Shown piece after piece: positions 44,249-55,174 of a stretch of 64,000 nucleotides of DNA. Below the pieces are notes generated by a model, which was not told where the DNA came from, ran no database searches, and saw nothing but the letters and a program-made list of their open reading frames with translations. Numbering within the stretch: position 1 is the first letter of the stretch; every line of letters begins with the position of its first letter. A program made the position numbers and the translations under genes. The stretch lies in assembly GCA_964467905.1 (NCBI GenBank), contig CAYXSY010000004.1:1182-65181 (forward strand). Direction: 5' to 3'. This DNA is from an uncultured Planctomycetales bacterium (lineage in GTDB: Bacteria > Omnitrophota > Gorgyraeia > Gygaellales > Profunditerraquicolaceae).

Positions 44249-44755
44249 TTGAAGAGAATATTTTCTTTAATATCCTATATATTATTTATTTTCTTTTGTT
44301 TGGGATATTCTGTTGCCCAGCAGAACAATAGTGCAATTACTGGCGCAGGCGTGAGTGTCAACACGGATATGAGCAGCTACCGGAGGGATCAGGCAATACA
44401 AATAGAGATTAAAAACGGTTTATCTGTGAGCATATTTTCTATTGCTGCCAGCTCAACTCCTGCTATTGCTATTGACAGCATCGAGAAGATGTCTGTTGAC
44501 GGCAAGTGGATAAAACATCCTGTAAGATGCGGCTATCCGGAATGCTATATAGACCATGATTTTCCGGCAGAGATTAAACCGGGTAGTTCGTCTAAATTCA
44601 GCTGGATTCCGGTTATCTATAAAGGTAATCTTAAGGAGGATGTGGCAGGCAAAGGAACATACCGTATCTGTGTCAGTTACCAAATAAGAGAAGTAAATAA
44701 TTCCAGAGATTGGAAATGGCAACAGGCATATACTAACATATTTAATATAGATTAA
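44249..44755 (+). CDS. secreted hypothetical protein
   Basis: Signal-peptide-like N-terminus. Non-ATG start in the track. No recognised motif. Confidence 0.4.
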   Translation: MKRIFSLISYILFIFFCLGYSVAQQNNSAITGAGVSVNTDMSSYRRDQAIQIEIKNGLSVSIFSIAASSTPAIAIDSIEKMSVDGKWIKHPVRCGYPECYIDHDFPAEIKPGSSSKFSWIPVIYKGNLKEDVAGKGTYRICVSYQIREVNNSRDWKWQQAYTNIFNID

Positions 44756-44759
44756 TATT

Positions 44760-46019
44760 ATGGAAAAGGCGTTAATTGTTACTATTAAGCTAAAGAACGA
44801 GAAAAATAATTGGCCTATGGAAGACGTCGCCGAGGAGATGGAAGAGCTGTTGCTTACTTCCGGAGCGCAGGCAATTGATAACATTATTTATACTTGCGAA
44901 AGGCCAACCCCGAATCTTTTTATCGGTCGTGGTAAAGCCGAAGAGATAGCGGCGATATGCGAGCAGGAGGGTATCGATACGGTGATTTTTAGCCGGGACC
45001 TTTCCGGAACGCAGCAGCGTAATTTAGAAGATATTATCGGCAAAAAAACCATAGACCGCACTCAGTTAATATTAGATATATTTGCTAAACATGCCCGGAG
45101 TCCGGAAGGAAAAACGCAGGTTGAGTTGGCTCAGCTTCAGTATCTTCTTCCGCGCCTGACAGGTAAAGGCATCATATTATCCCGTTTAGGAGGCGGGATA
45201 GGAACAAGGGGGCCGGGCGAGCAGAAGCTTGAGGTTGACCGCAGGCGCATAAGAAAAAGAATAGACAGATTAAAGCAAGATTTAAAAGATAATGCCGCAC
45301 ATCGCAATATTATCAGAAAGAGGCGTTTTGAGAATGCCGTTCCTGTGGTTGCTTTAGTCGGCTACACCAATGCCGGGAAATCTACGCTGCTAAATGCGTT
45401 GACTGGCTCATCACAGACAGTCGCCGATAGTTTATTTACTACTCTAGATACAATTTATAAGAATCTTACTCTTCCTAATGGAGAGAGGATAGTCATTTGC
45501 GATACGGTAGGATTTTTAAATAACCTGCCGCATCATTTGATAGAGGCTTTTAAGTCAACACTTGAAGAAGTAACGCAGGCGGACCTATTGATAAAAGTAT
45601 TAGATGTAAGCCACCCTAGGGTATACGAAAGGGATAAGGCAGTTGAAGATGTTCTAAGCAGTCTGGATGCCAATAACAAGCCGATGATAAGAGCGCTTAA
45701 TAAGATTGATCTTCTAGATGACAAGGCTTGGCTTAAGCAATTGGAAGCAGAATTTGATAATGCAGTGGCTATATCTGCTAAGAATAAAATAAATATCGCG
45801 GGGTTGCTTCAGAGGATAGCTGGTATCTTTAAAGAGCGCATGGTAAATAAGTATATAAAGATTAAAGGTTATCGTATGGATATAGTTGATATCCTATATA
45901 GCCAAGGCAAGGTTGAAGAGATACAATACGGACAGAAGGAGATAAGATTAAGAGCACAGTTACCCAGTATAGTTTACCATAAGCTATTGCAGAACAATGA
46001 TATAGAGGATATCAGTTAG
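44760..46019 (+). CDS. hflX: GTPase HflX
   Basis: HflX N-domain pattern plus GYTNAGKSTLLNALTG, DTVGF and NKID G-motifs. Confidence 0.9.
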   Translation: MEKALIVTIKLKNEKNNWPMEDVAEEMEELLLTSGAQAIDNIIYTCERPTPNLFIGRGKAEEIAAICEQEGIDTVIFSRDLSGTQQRNLEDIIGKKTIDRTQLILDIFAKHARSPEGKTQVELAQLQYLLPRLTGKGIILSRLGGGIGTRGPGEQKLEVDRRRIRKRIDRLKQDLKDNAAHRNIIRKRRFENAVPVVALVGYTNAGKSTLLNALTGSSQTVADSLFTTLDTIYKNLTLPNGERIVICDTVGFLNNLPHHLIEAFKSTLEEVTQADLLIKVLDVSHPRVYERDKAVEDVLSSLDANNKPMIRALNKIDLLDDKAWLKQLEAEFDNAVAISAKNKINIAGLLQRIAGIFKERMVNKYIKIKGYRMDIVDILYSQGKVEEIQYGQKEIRLRAQLPSIVYHKLLQNNDIEDIS

Positions 46020-46047
46020 AATATCTAATTAGAATTATTAAAATATC

Positions 46048-46076
46048 TTGACAATACTGTTATTTTATGTTATGTT
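46048..46076 (+). promoter_or_regulatory. sigma70-type promoter candidate for the MerR-like gene (and possibly clpB)
   Basis: TTGACA (46048-46053), 17 nt, TATGTT (46071-46076). Confidence 0.4.
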
Positions 46077-46103
46077 TATTATGGAATAGAAAGGATTGGG
46101 CTT

Positions 46104-46367
46104 ATGCCTATCTTTGATGTTTATATAAGTCCGGATGAACCGGTATACGTAATTAGCGTAGTAAGCAAATTGGTGGATTTACCGGTTTGGACTTTACGCC
46201 AGCTAGACAAACAAGGTGTTGTGCGTCCTAAGAGGATCGGCAGGAAAAGCCGCCTTTATTCTTTAAAAGATGTCAAGAGATTGGAATATATACATTACTT
46301 AATGGAAGACAAACACGTAAATATTCATGGTATAAAAATTATATTAGAGAAAGAAATAAGCGAATAA
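46104..46367 (+). CDS. small MerR-family (HspR-like) transcriptional regulator
   Basis: 87 aa. The MerR HTH pattern YVISVVSKLVDLPVWTLRQLDKQGVVRP...YSLKDVKRLEYI resembles heat-shock HspR-type regulators. Lies directly upstream of clpB. Confidence 0.7.
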   Translation: MPIFDVYISPDEPVYVISVVSKLVDLPVWTLRQLDKQGVVRPKRIGRKSRLYSLKDVKRLEYIHYLMEDKHVNIHGIKIILEKEISE

Positions 46368-46383
46368 TTTTTTTACTTATTTA

Positions 46384-46410
46384 TTAGCACTCACAGAACA
46401 GGAGTGCTAA
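46384..46410. promoter_or_regulatory. CIRCE operator (HrcA binding site), perfect consensus
   Basis: TTAGCACTC-N9-GAGTGCTAA, 30 nt upstream of the clpB ATG. Confidence 0.9.
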
Positions 46411-46440
46411 AGATTGCTAGAGTATAGACAGGAGAATTCT

Positions 46441-49047
46441 ATGAGATTGGATAAGATGACGGTAAAATTGCAGGAGGCTTTACAGGAGGCGGTAAGCTTT
46501 GCTACCGAATCCGGACATCAACAGGTTGAGCCCGAGCATATCATTTATGCTTTGCTTAAACAGGATCAGTCTATTGTATCTTCTGCGTTTGATAAACTTG
46601 GATTGCCTGTGCAGGAAGTCTTAAAGATAATAGAGAATGATTTTTTAAAGAAAGCTTCTGTTTCCGGCTCTGCTGCAGCCGTATATTTTTCCGGAAGGAC
46701 TAACCGGCTTTTGGTTAAGGCGCAAAAAGAGGCAGCGGCTTTAAAGGATGAGTTTATTTCGGGGGAGCATGTGCTTTTGGCGGTTTTAGATGATACTGAT
46801 TCTATTTTAGCACAAGAGCTTAAGCGTCGGGGTATTAATAAAGAAAGAGTTTTGTCTGCGTTAAGCCAGATTCGCGGAAGCCACCGTATTACCGATGATA
46901 ACCCGGAGGAGAAATTCGGCGCGCTGCAGAAATACGGCCAGGATTTAACCGAGCTCGCCCAGAAAAATAAGCTTGATCCGGTTATCGGCCGCGATAAGGA
47001 AGTACGCAGACTCATGCAGGTATTATCACGCCGCACCAAGAATAATCCTGTTTTGATAGGGGATGCAGGTGTTGGTAAAACCGCTATTGTTGAAGGTCTT
47101 GCCCAGCGTATTGTGTCGCATGACGTGCCGGAAGGCCTTAAAGATAAAAGAATCATTGCCCTTGATTTAGGTTCTCTGGTTGCCGGGACAAAGTTCAGGG
47201 GAGAATTCGAGAATAGGCTAAAGGCATTATTACGCGAGATACAAAGTAAAAACGGACAGATCATCCTGTTTATTGACGAATTGCATACTTTAGTCGGAGC
47301 AGGGGCTGCTGAAGGAGCCATTGATGCTTCCAATATGTTAAAGCCTATGCTTGCCAGGGGACAATTACGCTGTATAGGCGCTACAACGTTGGATGAATAC
47401 AGAAAATATATAGAAAAAGACAGCGCTTTAGAGCGCAGGTTCCAGCAGGTATTTGTAGAGGAGCCCAGCGTAGAAGATACGATTGCTATTCTAAGGGGGC
47501 TTAAAGAAAAATACGAGGTACATCATGGAGTGCGTATTAAGGATGCGGCTCTGATTGCCGCAGCGACTTTATCCGAGCGTTATTTAAGCGAGCGGCATCT
47601 CCCGGATAAGGCTATTGATTTGGTGGATGAGGCGGCCTCGCGCTTAAAAATAGAGATCGACAGCATGCCTACGGAAATAGACGTAGTTCAGCGTAAACTT
47701 ATCCAGCTTGAAATTGAACGGCAGGCGTTAAGAAAGGATAAGGATCATTCTGCACAGGAGCGCCTGTCAAAGATAGAGAAAGAGATAGACGCGCTTAAAA
47801 AAGAGCTCGATTCTAAGAAGGTGCAGTGGGAGAAGGAAAAAGGAGTTATTGTAAAAACCAAGCAAATTAAAGAACAGATTGAGAATTTAAAGATTCAGGC
47901 AACAGCCGCAGAAAAAACAGGGGATTTAGATACGGCAGCCCAGATTAAATACGGCAAACTTATCGAACTAGATAAACAGCTTGAAGATTATAATAAGGAA
48001 CTTTTAAAGATACAGCAGGGTTTTGGAATGTTAAAACAGCAGGTAGATGAGGATGACATTGCAGAAATTGTTTCTGAATGGACAGGGGTTCCTTTGTCTA
48101 AATTGATGGAAACCCAGGCCCAGAAACTTATTAAAATGGAAGAGTTTCTGGAGTCAAAGGTTATCGGCCAGGATGATGCCATTGAGGTGATATCTAATTG
48201 TATAAGGCGCTCGCGTTCAGGGTTAAGTGACGATAAGCGCCCGATGGGTTCGTTTATCTTTATGGGTCCTACAGGCGTAGGTAAGACAAAATTAGCTAAG
48301 AGCCTGGCGTGGTTTTTATTTGATGACGAAGAGGCTCTGGTTAGAATTGATATGTCTGAATATATGGAAAAACACAGTGTTTCCCGCCTGATAGGTTCTC
48401 CGCCGGGATATGTCGGTTATGAGGAAGGGGGCCAGCTTACGGAAAAAGTGCGCCGCAGGCCTTATGCGGTAATCCTCTTGGATGAGATTGAGAAAGCGCA
48501 TCCTGAGGTATTTAATTTGTTGCTGCAAATACTTGATGAAGGCCGTCTGACAGACGGACATGGCCGTACGGTTAATTTCAGGAATACGGTTATAATCATG
48601 ACTTCTAATATAGGCCAGGAGCTTATACAGCAGGGTGCACTTGGGTTCAAGCAGAGAAAAGACGATACACAGTATCAGCAGATGAGGCAGAAACTTCTTG
48701 ATGAAGTAAAGAGGTTTTTCAGGCCGGAATTCTTAAACCGTGTAGATGATATAGTGATATTTCATCCTTTAGCAAAGGAGGGTATATTGCGTATTGTGGA
48801 CCTGGAGCTCGAGCCGTTGATAAATAAGCTTATGGCCCAAGGGGTGGGATTTAAGGTCAGCAATGCGGTTAAGGAATATCTGGTTAAAGAAGGATTCGAC
48901 CCGAATTTCGGCGCCCGTCCTTTAAAAAGGACGATACAGAAATATATACAGGATCCGCTTTCTTTGATGTTGCTTGAAGGCAAACTCAAGAATGGATCTA
49001 AGATTAGCGCGGAGATGGGAAAGGACAATACAGTTATTTTTAGATAA
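46441..49047 (+). CDS. clpB: ATP-dependent chaperone ClpB
   Basis: Clp-N, two AAA+ modules ([16 protein letters not shown]) and a long middle coiled-coil. ATG at 46441 follows AGGAG. The track start at 46414 has no RBS. Confidence 0.95.
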   Translation: MRLDKMTVKLQEALQEAVSFATESGHQQVEPEHIIYALLKQDQSIVSSAFDKLGLPVQEVLKIIENDFLKKASVSGSAAAVYFSGRTNRLLVKAQKEAAALKDEFISGEHVLLAVLDDTDSILAQELKRRGINKERVLSALSQIRGSHRITDDNPEEKFGALQKYGQDLTELAQKNKLDPVIGRDKEVRRLMQVLSRRTKNNPVLIGDAGVGKTAIVEGLAQRIVSHDVPEGLKDKRIIALDLGSLVAGTKFRGEFENRLKALLREIQSKNGQIILFIDELHTLVGAGAAEGAIDASNMLKPMLARGQLRCIGATTLDEYRKYIEKDSALERRFQQVFVEEPSVEDTIAILRGLKEKYEVHHGVRIKDAALIAAATLSERYLSERHLPDKAIDLVDEAASRLKIEIDSMPTEIDVVQRKLIQLEIERQALRKDKDHSAQERLSKIEKEIDALKKELDSKKVQWEKEKGVIVKTKQIKEQIENLKIQATAAEKTGDLDTAAQIKYGKLIELDKQLEDYNKELLKIQQGFGMLKQQVDEDDIAEIVSEWTGVPLSKLMETQAQKLIKMEEFLESKVIGQDDAIEVISNCIRRSRSGLSDDKRPMGSFIFMGPTGVGKTKLAKSLAWFLFDDEEALVRIDMSEYMEKHSVSRLIGSPPGYVGYEEGGQLTEKVRRRPYAVILLDEIEKAHPEVFNLLLQILDEGRLTDGHGRTVNFRNTVIIMTSNIGQELIQQGALGFKQRKDDTQYQQMRQKLLDEVKRFFRPEFLNRVDDIVIFHPLAKEGILRIVDLELEPLINKLMAQGVGFKVSNAVKEYLVKEGFDPNFGARPLKRTIQKYIQDPLSLMLLEGKLKNGSKISAEMGKDNTVIFR

Positions 49048-49054
49048 AACGGCT

Positions 49055-49082
49055 TTGACAAAGCGGCTTTTTGTGCTAAAAT
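49055..49082 (+). promoter_or_regulatory. sigma70-type promoter of the hrcA-grpE-dnaK-dnaJ operon
   Basis: TTGACA (49055-49060), 16 nt, TAAAAT (49077-49082). The CIRCE element starts 7 nt downstream. Confidence 0.55.
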
Positions 49083-49088
49083 TGCTTT

Positions 49089-49115
49089 TTAGCATTCTCT
49101 CGTAGTGAGTGCTAA
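49089..49115. promoter_or_regulatory. CIRCE operator (one mismatch)
   Basis: TTAGCATTC-N9-GAGTGCTAA, just downstream of the -10 box. Confidence 0.85.
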
Positions 49116-49158
49116 TTTCAGCCTTTTAGGTTGTATATTATTCTTGGAGAAGAAGGTT

Positions 49159-49899
49159 ATGGTTCGCAGTGTAAATTATGATTCTAGGCGTAAGGCTATA
49201 TTAGCCAGCGTAATAAAAAGATACATAAAGGATGCTAATCCTGTGTCTTCTGAAGAGATATCCCGGGAGTTTGATTTAAGCTCCGCTACTATCAGGAATA
49301 TATTCGCCGAATTAGAGCAGGACGGTTATCTCACGCATCCTTATACATCAGGCGGGCGCATTCCGACTAATAAGGGCTATCGTTATTACGTTGATTTCCT
49401 GCTTTCGCAGATGGAGCTTCTGGATGAGAAGAAACAGCATATAATCGGCAAATACCAGGAGCGCATAAATCGTCTTGAAGATGCGCTAGAGATAACATCG
49501 GAAGTCATCTCTAATATTACGCATTATGCAGGCATCGTTTCTTTCTTGGAGTGGCAGGACAAGATGTTTTATAAAGGGGTAAGTTTTATTCTTGAGCAGC
49601 CGGAGTTCCGTGATATACAGAAGCTGCGGATTATCTTAAAGATGATTGAGGATAAACAGCAATTGCTGCAGATTATCAACCGGGATTTTCCGGAGAAGGT
49701 CAAAGTTTATATCGGGGACGAACTTGATTGTCCGCAGATAAGTAATTGCTCTATAGTGGTCTCTAATTATTGTATTAACGATAAACCGTTAGGAAAGATT
49801 GCAGTTTTCGGGCCTAACCGCATGGATTATCATAATATAATACCTGCTTTGGAGTATGTTTCGGATGTCCTCGTTGATGTTTTAGGAGATAAGGTTTAG
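49159..49899 (+). CDS. hrcA: heat-inducible transcription repressor HrcA (short form)
   Basis: RRKAILASVIKRYIKDANPVSSEEISREFDLSSATIRNIFAELEQDGYLTHPYTSGGRIPT is a typical HrcA wHTH N-terminus. The track start at 49105 lies inside CIRCE, so I prefer the ATG at 49159. Confidence 0.88.
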   Translation: MVRSVNYDSRRKAILASVIKRYIKDANPVSSEEISREFDLSSATIRNIFAELEQDGYLTHPYTSGGRIPTNKGYRYYVDFLLSQMELLDEKKQHIIGKYQERINRLEDALEITSEVISNITHYAGIVSFLEWQDKMFYKGVSFILEQPEFRDIQKLRIILKMIEDKQQLLQIINRDFPEKVKVYIGDELDCPQISNCSIVVSNYCINDKPLGKIAVFGPNRMDYHNIIPALEYVSDVLVDVLGDKV

Positions 49900-49902
49900 G
49901 AT

Positions 49903-50451
49903 ATGGACAATACACATAATAAAGATAGCCATAATAAGGAAGAGAAGCTTCGGGAAGCCAATGAAGTTATTTTGTCTAAGCAGGAGTACGAAAAGCTAAA
50001 AGAACAGGCAGATAAGGCCTCTGAATATTGGGATAGAATTTTGAGGCTTCAGGCGGATTTTGATAATACGCGTAAGCGTCTGGATAGGGAAAAACAGGAT
50101 TTCTATAAGTTTGCAAATGAAGGCATAATAGTCGAGTTATTGAATATCCTGGATGATTTAGAGCGTACATTAGAACTTGCTCAAACCAAGCATCAAGATC
50201 TGCCGACATTCTTAAAAGGCGTTGAAATGATCCTGGCCCATCTCTATGATTTATTGAAGGAACACGGGGTTAGGCCGGTTGAGTCCGTGGGAAAGAGCTT
50301 CGATCCAAATTATCATGAAGCATTAATGCAGGTCGAAGACGATAAGGCAGCAGAGCATACGATATTAGAAGAATTGCAAAAAGGTTATACTATGAATGAC
50401 CGGGTAATTCGTACGGCCAAGGTTAAGGTTTCAAAGAAGGGGCAAAATTAG
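49903..50451 (+). CDS. grpE: nucleotide exchange factor GrpE
   Basis: LRLQADFDNTRKR...FDPNYHEA pattern. Confidence 0.92.
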   Translation: MDNTHNKDSHNKEEKLREANEVILSKQEYEKLKEQADKASEYWDRILRLQADFDNTRKRLDREKQDFYKFANEGIIVELLNILDDLERTLELAQTKHQDLPTFLKGVEMILAHLYDLLKEHGVRPVESVGKSFDPNYHEALMQVEDDKAAEHTILEELQKGYTMNDRVIRTAKVKVSKKGQN

Positions 50452-50477
50452 AATTTTAAAAAATCCGGAGGTGCGAT

Positions 50478-52361
50478 ATGGCTAAAGTAATAGGTATTGA
50501 TTTGGGAACATCTAATTCAGCAGCAGCTGTTATGGAGGGTGGCAGGCCGGTAATTATCCCATCAGCAGAAGGCGCAGGCGTTGCTTCAGGCAAAGCTTTC
50601 CCTTCTTACGTTGCTTTCACTAAAGACGAACAGCGCTTGGTCGGTGAGCCGGCAAGGCGTCAAGCGGCAATTAATCCGGAAGGAACCATTCAGGCTGCAA
50701 AGCGCAAAATGGGTACGGATTATAAATTTAAGGTGCATGGTAAAGAATATACTCCGCAGCAGATTTCAGCTTTTATACTGCAGAAAATTAAACAGGATGC
50801 TGAAGCTTACTTAGGTGATAAAGTTGAAGAGGCGGTTATTACTTGCCCCGCTTATTTTGATGATAATCAACGCACGGCAACTAAAGATGCAGGGGAAATT
50901 GCCGGGCTTAAGGTTTTACGTATAATAAATGAACCTACGGCTGCATGTTTGGCTTATGGCCTGGAGAAATCGCAGAAAGAACAAAGAATCATGGTCTTTG
51001 ATTTAGGCGGCGGGACTCTGGACGTAACGATTATGGAGATGGCCCAGGGTGTATTCGAAGTTAAGTCTACGTCAGGAGATACACAACTCGGCGGGACTGA
51101 CATGGACAATACGCTTATAGAATATATAGTTTCTCAGTTTAGGCGCGAGACAGGAATTGATTTAACTAATGATAAAATGGCAATGCAGCGTTTACGTGAA
51201 GCATCCGAAAAGGCCAAGGTTGAATTATCTTCGACTTTGACAACAGATATTAACCTTCCGTTTATTACTGCAGATGCCAGCGGGCCTAAGCACTTGACTA
51301 TGCCTATTACACGCGCAAAACTTGAAGAATTAGTCGGGCCGATTATTGACAGGTGCCGCCATCCGATGGAGCAGGCGCTTTCTGATGCTAAACTTAGCGC
51401 CAAAGAGATTGACCGTATTATTATGGTCGGCGGACCTACGCGTATGCCGATAGTCCAGAAATTCGTAGAAGATTATGTCGGCAAAAAGATAGAGCGCGGG
51501 GTTGACCCGATGGAGTGTGTTGCTTTGGGCGCTGCCATTCAGGCGGCAATTATCAAGGGGGACATGAAGGATGTGCTTTTGTTAGACGTCACTCCTTTAT
51601 CACTGGGTATTGAAACGTTGGGAGGGGTAAATACCAGGCTCATCGAGCGTAATACTACTATCCCTACGAAAAAAAGCCAGGTGTTTTCAACTGCGGCCGA
51701 TAACCAAACCGCCGTTACTATTCGTGTTCTTCAGGGTGAGCGCCAGATGGCCAATGACAATGTGGAGCTGGGGCGTTTTGATTTGGTAGGTATTCCTGCT
51801 GCGCCTCGCGGTATTCCGCAGATAGAGGTCGGTTTTGATATCGATGCTAATGGTATCGTTCATGTTTCAGCCAAGGATTTAGGAACCGGCAAAGAGCAAT
51901 CTATACGTATTACCGCTCCTAAAAAGCTTTCTAAGGAAGAGATTGATAAGATGGTTAAGGATGCGGAGAAATTTGCCGCAGATGATGCCAAGAAAAAAGA
52001 AGAGGTTGAGGTTATAAATCAGGCGGACACCCTTGTATACGCTACCGAGAAATCATTGAAAGATTTCGGGGATAAGGTAAGCCAGGCTGAAAGAGCCGAT
52101 ATCGAAGCAAAGATTAATGATTTAAAACAGTCGATTAAAGATAAGAATGTCGATAGAATCAAGAAAGGGATGGATGAGTTAACTAAGGTGTCCCATAAAT
52201 TAGCCGAAGAAGTATATAAGCAGGCAGCGGCTAAACAGCAAGCGGGGGCACAAGGGGCTCAAGCCGGACAGGACACGCCCTCCCAAGAGGAGCCTAAAGA
52301 GCATAAGAAAGACGAAGATATCATCGACGCTGATTTCAAGGAAGAGGATGGGAAACAGTAG
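50478..52361 (+). CDS. dnaK: molecular chaperone DnaK (Hsp70)
   Basis: [18 protein letters not shown] and VGGPTRMP signatures. Confidence 0.97.
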   Translation: MAKVIGIDLGTSNSAAAVMEGGRPVIIPSAEGAGVASGKAFPSYVAFTKDEQRLVGEPARRQAAINPEGTIQAAKRKMGTDYKFKVHGKEYTPQQISAFILQKIKQDAEAYLGDKVEEAVITCPAYFDDNQRTATKDAGEIAGLKVLRIINEPTAACLAYGLEKSQKEQRIMVFDLGGGTLDVTIMEMAQGVFEVKSTSGDTQLGGTDMDNTLIEYIVSQFRRETGIDLTNDKMAMQRLREASEKAKVELSSTLTTDINLPFITADASGPKHLTMPITRAKLEELVGPIIDRCRHPMEQALSDAKLSAKEIDRIIMVGGPTRMPIVQKFVEDYVGKKIERGVDPMECVALGAAIQAAIIKGDMKDVLLLDVTPLSLGIETLGGVNTRLIERNTTIPTKKSQVFSTAADNQTAVTIRVLQGERQMANDNVELGRFDLVGIPAAPRGIPQIEVGFDIDANGIVHVSAKDLGTGKEQSIRITAPKKLSKEEIDKMVKDAEKFAADDAKKKEEVEVINQADTLVYATEKSLKDFGDKVSQAERADIEAKINDLKQSIKDKNVDRIKKGMDELTKVSHKLAEEVYKQAAAKQQAGAQGAQAGQDTPSQEEPKEHKKDEDIIDADFKEEDGKQ

Positions 52362-52436
52362 GTAGTAGATAGTGGTTAGTAGTTAGGATATGCAAAACCC
52401 TACATACTACCTGCTACATGCTACCTACTATTCGCG

Positions 52437-53588
52437 ATGAGCGCTAAACGTGATTATTATGAAATATTGGGTGTTAAGAAAAATGCTACCCTTGATGAGA
52501 TAAAAAAGGTGTATAGGGAGCTTGCTTTGCGTTTTCACCCCGATAGGGTACCCCACGAGCAAAAGAAGGAAGCAGAGGAGAAATTCAAGGAAATATCCGA
52601 AGCCTATGCGGTCTTATCTGATTCGCAAAAAAGAGCATTATATGATCAGTATGGGCATTCAGGCATAGATCAGAAGTACGCTTACGAAGATATATTTAAG
52701 GGGGCGGATTTTAGCAGCGTTTTTCAGGATCTTGGTGAGTTTGGTTTAGGCGGCGGTGTTTTTGAGGAAGTCTTTTCTGATCTGGGATTTGATATTTTCG
52801 GAACACGCTCGCGGCGTAAAGGCGCAAGGCGCGGCAGAGACCTGCAGATAGCTGTGGGTATTACTTTAGAGGAGGCATTCTCTGGGGTCGAGAAATCCAT
52901 AAGTGTCCCGCGCTATGAAACCTGTCCGGTATGCGGCGGCAGCGGAGCAAAACCCGGGAGCAAGAAGACAACCTGCAGTCAGTGCAAGGGTTCGGGGCGT
53001 ACTGTAGTATCAAATGGTTTTTTCCAGCTGGCGCAAACATGTTCTCGCTGCGGCGGAGAGGGTTATGTTGTCCAGAATCCATGTACCGAATGTTCCGGGC
53101 AGGGTCGTAAGAAAGTAACGCGCACGATTAAAGTTAAAATACCACCCGGTGTCGATAACGGTTCTCAATTAAGAGTCCGCGGTGAAGGGGAGGCTGCTGC
53201 CGGAGGCAAGGGTGATTTATATGTGGTTATCGAAGTCCACTCACATCCGGTATTTGAGCGCCATGATAATGATATATTGACGAGTATAAATATAAGCATA
53301 GCCAAAGCGATGCTTGGTTGTGAAATAGAGGTTCCTACCATTGACGCAAAGGTGAAGATGAAAATACCGGCGGGTACGCAGCCCGGCAGGATATTTCGTT
53401 TAAAAGGAAAAGGGATGCCGGATGTACACGGCAGAGGCATTGGCGATGAGTTGGTAAAGGTAGACATTGAGATACCTGTAAGGTTAAACAGCGAGCAGCG
53501 CAGGCTAATAGAGGAATTTGCCAAGGTCTCGGGAGAAGATATAGACAAAGAAAGTTTTACGGATAAAATAAAGAAGACATTCAGGTAA
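52437..53588 (+). CDS. dnaJ: molecular chaperone DnaJ
   Basis: J-domain (DYYEILGV...HPDR), G/F region, four CxxCxGxG zinc motifs. Confidence 0.95.
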   Translation: MSAKRDYYEILGVKKNATLDEIKKVYRELALRFHPDRVPHEQKKEAEEKFKEISEAYAVLSDSQKRALYDQYGHSGIDQKYAYEDIFKGADFSSVFQDLGEFGLGGGVFEEVFSDLGFDIFGTRSRRKGARRGRDLQIAVGITLEEAFSGVEKSISVPRYETCPVCGGSGAKPGSKKTTCSQCKGSGRTVVSNGFFQLAQTCSRCGGEGYVVQNPCTECSGQGRKKVTRTIKVKIPPGVDNGSQLRVRGEGEAAAGGKGDLYVVIEVHSHPVFERHDNDILTSINISIAKAMLGCEIEVPTIDAKVKMKIPAGTQPGRIFRLKGKGMPDVHGRGIGDELVKVDIEIPVRLNSEQRRLIEEFAKVSGEDIDKESFTDKIKKTFR

Positions 53589-53614
53589 ATAACTTATAAT
53601 CAGGAGTGTTGCAG

Positions 53615-53863
53615 ATGCCTACATATGATTATCAATGCACAAGTTGCAAGCATGTTTTCGAAGTTTTTCAGAATATTAATGACAAACCGATAAATAAATG
53701 CCCTAAATGCGGCAAGAAGGTCAAGCGCCTTATAGGAAGCGGAGCAGGTATAATATTCAAGGGCAGCGGTTTCTATGCTACTGATTATCGCAAACAAGCA
53801 AAGGGCGGCCCCGGCACCTGCCCCAAGGCGCATGATGGCTGCAAAGGTTGTTCTAATGGCTAA
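53615..53863 (+). CDS. FmdB-family zinc-ribbon protein
   Basis: MPTYDYQCTSCKHVFE...CPKCG pattern. Confidence 0.75.
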   Translation: MPTYDYQCTSCKHVFEVFQNINDKPINKCPKCGKKVKRLIGSGAGIIFKGSGFYATDYRKQAKGGPGTCPKAHDGCKGCSNG

Positions 53864-55145
53864 GGTGAGGCCTTTTAAGGCCGTTATTTATAATCAAAGT
53901 AAATTTAAAGATATTACAGATCTCGTTTGCCCGCCTTACGACGTAATTTCCCCCCAGGAGCAAAAAGATTATCATCAGGCCAATCCGTATAATTTTATTC
54001 ATATTCTTTTAGGCCTGGATGTAGCAGGCGATGACAAGTATAAGCGCGCAGCAGCTTATTTTAAGGAATGGCTTAAGGAAAACGTCTTTATTGAAGATGA
54101 TAAGCCAGCTGTATATCTTCATATTCAGGATTATGTAGTAAGGGGAGAGAAGAAAACCCGCGTAGGTTTTATTGCGCTTTTAGGACTACCCAGCGGAGAT
54201 TCTTCTGTATTTGCTCATGAACATACCAGACTTGAGCCCAGAGAAGATAGGCTTAAATTAATCAAAGCCGTAAAAGCTAACTTGAGTCCAATATTTGTAG
54301 TTTTTCCGGATAAGAGCCGGTTGATGCAGCGCATAACTACCAAATGCAATCCGCAGGAGCACAAGCCTTTTATAGACGTTACGGATAGGCAAAATATAAG
54401 GAATCGTTTATGGAAGATAGATTCCCCGGAGCTCCTAGGCGAGATAGAAAGCAGAATGGCCGATGAAAATATATTTATCGCCGATGGCCATCATCGCTAT
54501 GAGGTTGCCTGCGCTTACCGTGACTACCTAAAAGAAAGAAAAATAAATCTGGATGAAGATAGCCCGGTTAATTATGTCATGGCTTATTTTACGAATTCAG
54601 ACCCTCGCGGGTTAACTATAATGCCGATACACAGGCTGGTGAAGCTAAAGAATCCATCGAATTTTGATAAAATATTTGATATGGGGCAGGAGTATTTTGA
54701 TATAGAACAGATAAAGGACAAAACAAAATTCTTATTTCTTCTGGAGAAGGCCGGCAAAACAGAACACGTTATCGGGATGTACAAAAATAAGAAATACTGG
54801 CTCCTGCGTTTGAAAAATATAAAGATTTTGGATAAGATGATTCCGGATAAGCCGAAAGAATACAGGTCTTTGGATGCATCCATATTAAATGCTATCATGT
54901 TTTCCCAGATTTTGGGTCTTGATTCAGCTGGCAAAGATGGTATTATATTTAGTCCGGATGCCCAGGAACTTATGGAGCGCTCAGAATCCAGCGATGAGTT
55001 TGTTTTGTTTTTATTAAACCCGGTTAATATGCAGCAGATAATATCGGTTGCTTTAACAGGTAACAGGATGCCGCCGAAGTCGACGTATTTCTATCCTAAG
55101 ATTCTGTCGGGGCTCCTGATAAACAAATTAGATGGTTCTTTGTAG
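53856..55145 (+). CDS. DUF1015 family protein
   Basis: MAKVRPFKAVIYN...CPPYDVIS...IADGHHRYE pattern. The start overlaps the upstream stop. Confidence 0.75.
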   Translation: MAKVRPFKAVIYNQSKFKDITDLVCPPYDVISPQEQKDYHQANPYNFIHILLGLDVAGDDKYKRAAAYFKEWLKENVFIEDDKPAVYLHIQDYVVRGEKKTRVGFIALLGLPSGDSSVFAHEHTRLEPREDRLKLIKAVKANLSPIFVVFPDKSRLMQRITTKCNPQEHKPFIDVTDRQNIRNRLWKIDSPELLGEIESRMADENIFIADGHHRYEVACAYRDYLKERKINLDEDSPVNYVMAYFTNSDPRGLTIMPIHRLVKLKNPSNFDKIFDMGQEYFDIEQIKDKTKFLFLLEKAGKTEHVIGMYKNKKYWLLRLKNIKILDKMIPDKPKEYRSLDASILNAIMFSQILGLDSAGKDGIIFSPDAQELMERSESSDEFVLFLLNPVNMQQIISVALTGNRMPPKSTYFYPKILSGLLINKLDGSL

Positions 55146-55174
55146 ATGGTTTCTTATGCATAAAGCGAGGAACG

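Noticed and set aside
46020-46440. Search for an HspR HAIR operator (CTTGAGT-N7-ACTCAAG) near the MerR-like gene and clpB
   Set aside because: I found no convincing match by eye; only CIRCE is present. HspR identity of the MerR-like protein therefore stays tentative.
46566-47333. 255-aa minus-strand ORF inside clpB (similar antisense ORFs at 41348-41812, 44453-44884, 53165-53548, 59586-60059, 60081-60488, 61333-61764)
   Set aside because: All lie antisense to genes with unambiguous conserved motifs. They are Ser/Pro/Leu/Ile-rich, with composition typical of antisense frames.
50581-50814. 77-aa ORF in an alternative frame inside dnaK
   Set aside because: It is embedded in one of the most conserved genes in the window and nothing supports a nested gene.
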